From assembly GCF_006345805.1 (NCBI RefSeq), contig NW_021826775.1, positions 1 through 12,102 of the forward strand: DNA of 12,102 bases, given 5' to 3'. Shown in pieces: positions 1 through 8,870 of the stretch (position 1 is the stretch's first letter; each line of letters starts with the position of its first letter). A model generated the notes under the pieces. The model did not search any database and had not been told where the DNA came from. It saw only the letters and a list, made by a program, of their open reading frames with translations. Source of the DNA: Octopus sinensis. Taxonomy: Eukaryota. A program made the translations under genes and the position numbers.

Positions 1-25
1 TATTCGTGTGTGGTAAATAACTATA

Positions 26-112
26 CATGCATATATGTATGTACTTATCTATATATATATACACATGCCTACATACATACATATATACACACATATATAC
101 ATATATTCAATT

Positions 113-173
<61 letters not shown>

Positions 174-268
174 GATATATATATAGTTATATATGTATTA
201 TATATATATAGATATATATATATATATATATATAATATATATGAATATATATGATATATATATTGATA

Positions 269-300
<32 letters not shown>

Positions 301-423
301 GATATATATATATTTATATATTATATATATATATAATATATATATACAGATATATTTATATATGTTATTTACAATGTGAACATGCATGTATGTATGTATC
401 TATTTATATATATGTGTGTGTGT
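26..423. repeat. Compound TACA/(TA)n/TATG/TG microsatellite
   Basis: Pure AT run at 122-166 with degenerate TA, TACA and TATG flanks. Confidence 0.95.
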
Positions 424-757
424 GAAGGCGCATAGCTCAGTGGTTAGAGCGTCGAGCTTACGATCGTGAGGCTGTGATTCCGACTCTCGGACCGGACTGC
501 GTGTTGTGTTCTTGAGCAAGACACTTTATTTCACGTTGCTCCAGTTCACTCAGCTGTAGAAATGAGTTGCGACGTCACAGGTGCCAAGCTGCATCATCCT
601 TTACCTTTCCCTTGGATGACATCGGTGGCGTGGAGAGTAGGGGCTGGTATGCACGGGCGACTGCTGGTCTTCTACAAAACAAACTTGCCAGGACTTGTGC
701 CTTGGAGGGAGACTTTGTAGGTGGAATCCCATGGTCATTCATGGCCGAAGGGAGTCC
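424..757 (+). mobile_element. tRNA-derived SINE with CORE-like central domain (resembles Octopus OR-type SINEs)
   Basis: Seen: tRNA-like head GGCGCATAGCTCAGTGGTTAGAGCG with Pol III A box TAGCTCAGTGG (433-443) and degenerate B box GATTCCGACTCT (~476-487). Then TGTTCTTGAGCAAGACACTTT...CTCAGCTGTAGAAATGAG, which resembles the MIR CORE (TGTGACCTTGGGCAAGTCACTT...CTCATCTGTAAAATGGG). A GC-rich 3' body ends in a (CT)n/(CA)n/(TA)n tail. The family assignment is from memory. Confidence 0.85.
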
Positions 758-789
<32 letters not shown>

Positions 790-872
790 CTCTCTCTCTG
801 TATATATATATATATATATATTTATATATGCATGGCAAATGGAAGTCGGAAGATAGAATATATATATATATA
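758..872. repeat. Compound (CT)n(CA)n(CT)n(TA)n microsatellite at the SINE tail
   Basis: Directly visible after the SINE 3' end. Confidence 0.9.
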
Positions 873-1022
873 TTACGTATTTAATCCGCGTAACGCCAAT
901 AATTTTTTAAATGGAGAGTATTCGAAGATAAAATATTTGATTTGCTTACCCAGAACTGATCTGAGTATGATTCTTTTCAGTTAGTCTTACATTTTGTATA
1001 ACTCTGACGGAAAGTGCGAATG

Positions 1023-1024
<2 letters not shown>

Positions 1025-1086
<62 letters not shown>
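1025..1086. repeat. (TA)31 perfect microsatellite
   Basis: Uninterrupted TA run. Confidence 0.95.
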
Positions 1087-1093
<7 letters not shown>

Positions 1094-1444
1094 GTATATA
1101 TTATGTTTGTATCTAGTGCTTAGTGTGTCAGACGTACGTGAAGAAGGGAATGTGTGTGTCGTCAGTAGGTCTACTTCATTTGGAATATCGAATTTCAAAT
1201 TGAATATTGTCTGAGTGGTTTATTGGCTTTCGAATTAATACAAAATTACATTCTTGTAGAAAATACTTGAATTAGACCTTGACGAGATCATGTACGTGAC
1301 ATGTCAGAGTTTCCTCTTCCCCTCGTTCCAGCACACGTTTAGAATTTTAAGAGTATACTTCAAAAAATGAAGGTTAAGTAATTTAAATCTATGCTTCTAT
1401 TTCCTAATATAGGATTAGTTGAGCATAACTATATATGCATCATT

Positions 1445-1574
1445 AGGCGTGGCTGTGTGGTAAGAAGCTTGCTACCCGACCACATCGTTCTCGGGTCAGT
1501 CTTCTACTATACCCTTGGGTTGAGCAAAGGACTTGTGAGTTCTTTTGGTTTGCGGAGACCGAAAGAAGCCCGTC
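1445..1574 (+). mobile_element. tRNA-derived SINE, short and probably internally deleted copy, with (TA)n tail
   Basis: Seen: A-box-like TGGCTGTGTGG (1450-1460) followed by TAAGAAGCTTGCT, a decayed B-box region (CGGGTCAGTC), and a 3' end GAAAGAAGCCCGTC running straight into (TA)n. Resembles a very abundant Octopus SINE as I recall it. Confidence 0.7.
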
Positions 1575-1588
1575 ATATATATATATAT

Positions 1589-1639
<51 letters not shown>

Positions 1640-1862
1640 CTATATATATTATATACTATATAATATATTCATATATATATAGATATATATAATATACTAA
1701 GCAATAAAGGGTTTAGCAACGAATTGCCTTACCACATACCGAATTTAGAAATAGCAGTCAAAGAGTTATAGCTATTTCTTCTACTAAAAAGGCAGATCTC
1801 AGTATATATATATAATATTATATATATATATATTACATATATATATATTTATATATCATATA
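1575..1862. repeat. Imperfect (TA)n tracts interrupted by a ~110-bp island (1695-1804)
   Basis: TA-rich tracts at 1575-1696 and 1803-1862. Confidence 0.9.
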
Positions 1863-2159
1863 TACATTTAAGGTGTATTATGAGCATTTATAGAACACGC
1901 TCCTATATAAACTGAACAAAGATGGAGCAGAGGAAATGTTAAAAATTTTGATAGCAATTTAATCTATGCATACGATCGTTTCAAGTAATAACACTAAGAT
2001 GTAAGAGACATGGGAGAGATCAAATTAATTATAATTTATTTAATTATATATTACCATTCTCGTCAGTGCAAAAAATGAAGGGAACATCTGAAAAGTCGTA
2101 ACAGGGGAAATATGTTGTTACACGTTATATGTATGTATGTAGATATATGCATACATACA

Positions 2160-2196
<37 letters not shown>

Positions 2197-2199
<3 letters not shown>

Positions 2200-2500
2200 T
2201 GTTTACGAAAAGAGCAAAAGACGAAGACAGGTGGTGTACAAAACAAAAAAATGTATTAGTTTAACGCTCAGGAATAGAAAGTCATTTACGTTTCGAGCCA
2301 ACGCTCTTCAACGGAAAGGAATTCAGAAAAACATGGAGAGAAACAAGAAGACAAAAAAAATGTGTGTACTGGCTAACGATCTATCATGGCGACTGCCGGA
2401 CGAAAGGGTCACACTCGAGAGGCTAAGAAGTAGGGGAGATAATAAAGTAAAGATGACCACCAACACGAATTTGCGTGTGAAAGAGGGCTGGTGGTCTGGA
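2197..2500 (-). mobile_element. Penelope-like element terminal-repeat fragment (non-coding) ending in (TA)n
   Basis: Seen on the minus strand: CTTTCCGTTGAAGAGCGTTGGCTCGAAACGTAAATG (hammerhead-type signature), a pyrimidine-rich flank, and a (TA)n tract directly at the 3' end. Established: Penelope-like elements carry minimal hammerheads in their terminal repeats. No RT or GIY-YIG coding remnant was recognised, and the 2500 boundary is approximate. Confidence 0.5.
2283..2318 (-). ncRNA. Degenerate minimal (type I, Penelope-type) hammerhead ribozyme motif
   Basis: Minus strand reads CTTT-CCGTTGA-A-GAGC-GTTG-GCTC-GAA-ACGT-A-AATG. Perfect 4-bp stem II, intact GAAA, palindromic ACGT stem III with H17=A, and stem I pairing 3 of 4. 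The core CCGTTGA differs from CUGANGA at two positions. Confidence 0.45.
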
Positions 2501-2506
2501 CAATAT

Positions 2507-2575
2507 TTGGGGTCGATTTGTTCGACTACAGGTTGTGTTCCAGTATGGCCACAGTCAAATGACCGAAAGAGAGTA
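2507..2575 (+). mobile_element. Probable SINE 3'-end fragment
   Basis: TGGGGTCGATTTGTTCGACTA...CCAGTATGGCCACAGTCAAATGACCGAAA, with a GTCGA/TCGAC hairpin (2512-2526). Resembles a remembered Octopus SINE 3' segment. No head is present and no search was run. Confidence 0.4.
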
Positions 2576-2864
2576 GTGCAAATTGGTTTAAGCATAATGC
2601 TGCTATATTATGATATAGGTTTGATACAAATAGCAGCTACTATTCTAAGAAAGATGGGAGTTTCTTTTACATTATGACAAGAGGTTCATCAGTTGCTAAA
2701 AATGTTAGAGTTATCCATATTATTTCTCTGTGTGGAAGATAATGCCAATGAATATTTACATAAATTTCGATTCTCAAAGGAAAAATATAAGCATCGTAAT
2801 TTGTTTCCCTTCAATTCATTTTCTCTCAGCGTATGTATGCATGTGAGAATCTGAGTATGTCTAC

Positions 2865-3069
2865 GTATGTATGTATGTATGTATGTATGTATGTATGTAT
2901 GTATGTATCTATGAATGTATGTATGTATGTATGTATGTAGGTATGTATCTATGTATGTATGTACGTATGCATGTGTGTGTATACTATGCACATATATTTG
3001 CATATTATATATATATATCTATATATATTGTATATTATATATATACATATAATATATATATATACATAC

Positions 3070-3108
<39 letters not shown>

Positions 3109-3190
3109 ATATATATATAATATATATATATATATAATAGATTATATATATATATTTTATATATATATTATAAGTATGGATATATATATG
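2865..3190. repeat. (GTAT)n tetranucleotide repeat grading into imperfect (TA)n
   Basis: GTAT run at 2865-2908, imperfect to ~2970, then TA-rich. Confidence 0.9.
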
Positions 3191-3869
3191 CATAACCACG
3201 TAGGTATGAATGGGATATTATAAGTGTGTTTACTTATACACACCTCTAAGAAATATCTACATACATATCTACATATACACAGGGATACATTCACAAGTTC
3301 ATACACTTATACAGATATGTCTATAAATAAATTTAATCTGGTTTATTACGTTCTTAAATAAACATATCTATTATATATATAACCATGCAGAAAATATAAA
3401 ATATATATACCCATGTATATATACACCCGTATATATATATATATATACATGTATATATAAATATATATATACACATGCATGTGTGTGAGTATGTATATAT
3501 GTGTGTGTGTGTGTTGGTGTGTGTCTTATATGACTTTATCCTCATATTTCATGTGTGGTGTGTTTCTGCTCATTTTTAAGCAATAAATTTTTGCGTCTTA
3601 TTTAAAATATATGAGTTCAATTATGAGAATTGGTAATATTAGATACGGCATTATATGGAATTTTGTATCAAATTACTTGAACAATAGCAAGAATTAAATA
3701 CAGCTATTATATTGACAGGGAAAAAAAGAGCAGAAGGTAGCATGATTGTGTTATAAATAATGAAATAAAAATCTTTATGAAACATTTTCGTGAAGAACCA
3801 AACTAACCCTTCAAATTACTCGTACTGTTTGGAAAAAGAAAAATCAGATAAAGCGATCTTGAGTGAATG

Positions 3870-4244
3870 TGAGAGAGAGATAGAGAGAGAAGGGGAGAGA
3901 CGGAGAGACACAGAGAGAGAAAATGTATGCGTGTGTGTAGTAGACTTACATGTATACATACTTATATATGTATTACACACTCATACGCACACACATGTAT
4001 ACACACACGCATAGATATATGTATACATGTAGGTATATATATATACATAAATATATATATATTATATGTATGTATGTATATATATATATGCGTGTGTGTA
4101 TATATGGATATATGGATATGCTTATATATATACATCTTTATTATATATGAATATATATACATATACATATATATATTTATAGATACATAGATATACATAT
4201 ATACATATATGTGCATATGTGAAAATATACATATACATTATACG

Positions 4245-4276
<32 letters not shown>

Positions 4277-4530
4277 TGTATGTATGTATACATACACATA
4301 TATCTATATATGTACATATATGTATATATCTATCTATCTAAATATATATATATATATGCATATATATATGCATATTATAAAGATTTATAAATATATATGC
4401 ATACGCATACATGCATACATCTATATTATATATATATATATATATATTATCTATCTATATATATATATATTCACCTGTCCCTATTTCGACGCAGTCTACC
4501 TATTCATCTATCTATTTATCTATCTACTTA
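3870..4530. repeat. Compound GA/CA/TA/TACA/TCTA low-complexity block
   Basis: GA-rich at 3870-3920, then mixed CA/TA/TG/TCTA units. Confidence 0.85.
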
Positions 4531-4689
4531 TTTTGATTACGAATTTAATCAAATACAAATGCGGAATGCTTACCGAACGTAAAATGCCGAAGTGGGTATC
4601 GCACTTCATTGACAAACGTAGTTCTTTCAAATAAGCACATGATGCCAATCGCGATGTCAACCCTCCTCATCGTCCTTCGTCTTTCTCCT

Positions 4690-5143
4690 CCTGTGATTTG
4701 TTGTGATGCTCTGATGGTTATTGTATGGAAAGTGTTCTGCGTAGGATGTGTGCAGTGCCCAGTAGTGCAATTTTCTGTATGTTATATGTGTTTGTAAGTC
4801 CTGGTGTTTTTGTTATGTATTTGTCTGAACATCTTTTTATCATACCTAATGCGCCTACTATGATAGGAATTGTTTCTGTTTTTAGATTCCACATTCTGGT
4901 TACCTCTATGTCCAGGTCTTTGCAATTTGAAAGTTTCTCCTTTTCTTTTAGAGACTCGTTGTCATCTGCTGGTATTTATACATCAATTAGAAAACATTTT
5001 CTTTCTTCATGATCTCTGACAACAATATCTGGCCTATTGGCCTTAATTTCTCTATCTCTGTGTATTGGCATATCACAGAGTATGGTTGCTTTCTCGTTTT
5101 CTGTGACCTTTTCTGGTGTGTGCCTATACCATCTTTTTCTGTT
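4690..5143 (-). mobile_element. 5'-truncated R4/Dong-clade (restriction-like endonuclease) non-LTR retrotransposon relic
   Basis: Minus-strand single-frame translation of 5143..4718: NRKRWYRHTPEKVTENEKATILCDMPIHRDREIKANRPDIVVRDHEERKCFLIDV*IPADDNESLKEKEKLSNCKDLDIEVTRMWNLKTETIPIIVGALGMIKRCSDKYITKTPGLTNTYNIQKIALLGTAHILRRTLSIQ*. The RPD...LIDVxIP...KE.EK..K(Y)xDL pattern is the PD-(D/E)xK endonuclease of R2/R4-type elements; PIIVGALG and LLGTAHILR are typical R4 C-terminal motifs. The 3' boundary is approximate. Confidence 0.9.
4718..5143 (-). pseudogene. Disrupted C-terminal ORF fragment (REL endonuclease domain) of the R4-like element
   Basis: 142 codons in one frame with a premature TAA at 4978-4976 and the natural stop at 4720-4718. 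The KY motif reads NC and there is no genuine start; the ORF-track Met lies in the TAA repeat. Confidence 0.85.
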
Positions 5144-5195
5144 AATTATTATTATTATCATTAATATTATTATTACTATTATTATATTATTATTA

Positions 5196-5227
<32 letters not shown>

Positions 5228-5229
5228 TA

Positions 5230-5264
<35 letters not shown>

Positions 5265-5358
5265 TTTATGTTTATTATATTATTATTATATTATTATTAT
5301 TATTATTATTATTTTATATTTTATTATATTATTATTATTATTATTATTATTTATTATA
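5144..5358. repeat. (TTA)n/(TAA)n microsatellite, imperfect
   Basis: About 215 bp of TTA units with TA interruptions, starting exactly where R4-like homology stops. Confidence 0.95.
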
Positions 5359-5400
5359 TACAGTGTTAGCAGTAGTGGTAGCAGCAGCAGCAGCAGCAGC

Positions 5401-5590
5401 CGTTCATGAATTTGAACCTGGAGATCTCCATTTCCAGCGACTTCGAGGGCCACCTCCCGGTGGTGTCGGGCGTCAACAAAGAGCCCTCGACTACAACAAG
5501 ACGACCAAAGTTTTCTTTTTCCAATGTCTGGGGTCTCTCACCCCAAAGCCCTAGACCATTACCTAATCACTCTTACGCGTCTTGTTGCTT
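5401..5590 (+). mobile_element. Unclassified GC-rich repeat fragment, possibly the 3' end of a retroelement with a TAA/CAA tail
   Basis: About 190 bp of balanced-GC sequence between a (GCA)n run (5381-5400) and T(AAC)6 plus (AGT)n (5590-5660). It ends ...CTTGTTGCT-TAACAACAAC like a tailed retroposon. The family was not identified. Confidence 0.35.
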
Positions 5591-5839
5591 AACAACAACA
5601 ACAACAACAGCAGCAATATTAGTAGTAGTAGTAATAGTAGCAGCATCCTACGCAATAGTAATAGTGTAGTGTGGGAGTTGTTATTGTTAATAGTATTACA
5701 TAATAATTACAGATATGTTATCATTTACACAGCAGATGCTAAAACATCCAACAAAGAGCAAAAAAGGAAATAATAAACGAAAAAATGTACACCGTATCAT
5801 TTATCAGTGTGCAATATTGTACTTTCTCTATCAGTCACT

Positions 5840-5848
5840 CTCTATCTT

Positions 5849-5879
<31 letters not shown>

Positions 5880-5965
5880 ACACACATGTCTTTACACAAC
5901 ACATATATACATACACACATATATATGTGTATATATACATATATCCATGTATATATGCATATATG

Positions 5966-6004
<39 letters not shown>

Positions 6005-6233
6005 TATATATAATATTATATAATATATATATATATATATATTAATATCCATTTTCATCTTAAGGTAAGCATATGTAAACATGTGTATAAAAGTATATAT
6101 GAATATTTTAATGATAGATAACTATGAGATATTGTCTATGTATGTATCTATATATGTATTAATTTGTGTGTATGTATGTTTGCGTATATATATAAATATA
6201 TAGATAGATAGATATAGATAGATACACACACAC

Positions 6234-6311
<78 letters not shown>

Positions 6312-6480
6312 GCATATAGTTTTTTCAATAAAAAAGTCGCTTAAAGTTTGTTACATTATACAAAACAACATCAACGCACACATGCACACAAACACATACA
6401 TGCCCATACACATACACACACACGCACACATATATGTACTCACAGATGTTCACACACATGTACGCCGCACATGACCACAT
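5840..6480. repeat. Compound CT/CA/TA/GATA microsatellite block including perfect (TA)31 at 6237-6298
   Basis: Visible tandem units with short unique spacers. Confidence 0.85.
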
Positions 6481-6639
6481 GCAGAGAACGACATAAGCAC
6501 AAACATATTTAACAGAAGAGCGAAAAGAAGTTTAAAAAATTTGGATAATAGAAACCAAAATTTCATTTTTCATATTGATAATATTTGTTGTATCCACGAA
6601 ACGCGTACAAAAATATTTTCTAAAGCAAGATATATTTTA

Positions 6640-6759
6640 CGCACATATATATCTAAACATTAGTATACATACAAACTCACACACACATACAAGTACACAT
6701 ATACACATGTATAAGTATTTGTATGTGTATACATCTAGATATCTATACACAAACATACA

Positions 6760-6803
<44 letters not shown>

Positions 6804-6825
6804 ACATACATATATATATATATAC

Positions 6826-6869
<44 letters not shown>

Positions 6870-7170
6870 TACTTATATATATATATCTGTGTGTGTGTAT
6901 GTGTGTGTGTGTGTGTGTGTGTAACAGTTCTTTTAGATAAAATTATATATTATTCTGAAAAACGAAATTGAAACACCGAACAATATACATAGCTATACAA
7001 GATAGGTGTATACATATATACATACACACAACGATATACATATGTATGCACACACACATAGAAACACACATACATACACGCAATCATATATTATATATGA
7101 GTGTATGGATGTGTATATGTGTGTGTGCGTATATGTTGTGTTCGTATTTATACTTGTAGATATGTGTGTG
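6640..7170. repeat. Compound CA/TA/TG microsatellite block
   Basis: CA-rich, TA-rich and TG-rich segments; (TG)n at ~6887-6922. Confidence 0.85.
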
Positions 7171-7409
7171 TACGTTTTAAATCTTGCTCAAAGAAAATTT
7201 TCAAAAGATTGAGTGTAAAGTAAAAAAATTGCATAGTAACGAAAATGGCGTTATCTGATGTTAAAGTTTTCGGCAGCCATTGCAGCTGTACGTTGTCGAA
7301 CAACGACAGTTCGGACTCAATTTGAAATTAACGATAAGATGTTTTAACGATTTTTTTTGTGGTGAACTGAGACACAGTGCCGCACAAAATCATGAACGAG
7401 CTGGGGATG

Positions 7410-7491
7410 CACATATCAATATATACGTGTGTATATAGGTGTATATATATGTGTGTGTGTGTATACGCATCCACACACACACGTATAAATA

Positions 7492-7538
<47 letters not shown>

Positions 7539-7647
7539 TTTGGTCTGTGTGTGTGTTTATGGATGCATGGATATATGGATGTATACAGATAATCTCGATA
7601 CATCTATGTATGAAATGAATAAAGCTATATGTACATGAATAATTATG

Positions 7648-7712
<65 letters not shown>

Positions 7713-7842
7713 GATATACATATACATATATACATATATAATATATAAATATATAGCATAGATATACATATACATATATATATATAATATCAAATATATA
7801 TATATACACATAGATATACATATATATATATACATATATATG

Positions 7843-7880
<38 letters not shown>

Positions 7881-7903
7881 ACATACATATACATAAAATA
7901 AAC

Positions 7904-7934
<31 letters not shown>

Positions 7935-8100
7935 CATATATATATATACATTTATATACATACATATATATATATATATACATACATATATATATATATA
8001 TATATGAGTAGATGAATAGATAGTTATATGTATAATATTTATATATACGCCTATACATACATACGTTTATACACTCACACACACACACATATGTCTCTAT
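7410..8100. repeat. Long compound TA/TACA low-complexity array
   Basis: About 700 bp made almost entirely of TA, TACA, TG and CA units. Confidence 0.9.
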
Positions 8101-8870
8101 ATTTCTTTAATGTAATATTCCCGAATTTTTATTGTATTCCATCTTCTTTAATCTCAGCTTTTGTCGTGATTATTTTATTAAATCACCTGCCTTATCACCT
8201 GACGATATTGGCGCCAATATTCACTGCTGATGGTGCCAGTTCCGTACCAGAATCTGATTTCATTATGTTCCATATACGTTCTTTTCAAACTATCCTGCTA
8301 TTATTGATGTCACCGCTGCAGCTGTGACTGCTGCTGCTGTTGCTGGTGTCCTTCTTTCGTTGTAGTTTTAACCCTGACGAAGCAGGTCTATTTGCAAAGA
8401 CTTACCAGATTTGAGCATCACGCGTCATGTATAACTGTATTTTTTATATAACCCTCGTTGTTCGTCCCGAAACTATCCCGAAGTCGTTGTCTTTGTTTCT
8501 TGCAGTTTAACCTTATCTCGGTGCTGACCAATCGGATCAAAGACGTTCGTGAGATGACCATCACGTTTCAGTTATCACAAACATTTTCATTCGCCTGTTA
8601 AACAGAATCGGCCATGTTGAATCAGAGCGGTAATAAAAGGTGTTCCAATCGTGACAGTCTAGTTTGGAATCATGGTGTATCTAGGATTGTATTGCCAAAT
8701 ATACGGTGTTTTTTTTTTAGTCAACGACGGAATGACCAAATTCCTTGTATACCAGATATAGTTAGATATTCTTTCTGCTTTCTCTGCACTGTGATTTCAC
8801 ATTGTGCCGAGGTCAATATCAAATTTTATTCTTGAAGATAAAAAAATACATAGCAATGTAGCACGGACCA

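Noticed and set aside
567-984. ORFs 567..884, 575..838 and 721..984
   Set aside because: They run through a SINE body and CT/CA/TA microsatellites and have no protein-like motif.
2129-2677. 182-aa plus-strand ORF and antisense ORF 2323..2595
   Set aside because: They start in or span a TA tract and cross two unrelated repeat fragments; no RT, GIY-YIG or other domain was recognised.
2871-4634. Numerous YI/CV/HT-rich ORFs
   Set aside because: Stop-free translations of TA/TG/CA microsatellites.
4609-5369. Plus-strand ORFs 4609..4797, 4725..5012 and 5037..5369
   Set aside because: Antisense shadows of the R4-like frame, plus TTA-repeat translation.
5715-8327. ORFs including the 232-aa 7390..8088 (-)
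   Set aside because: Microsatellite-derived low-complexity translations.
8600-8800. Minus-strand peptide AERISNYIW...TPY...RFCLTGE, faintly like a Penelope GIY-YIG C-terminus
   Set aside because: Spacing and conserved residues do not fit, stops intervene, and the similarity is within chance.
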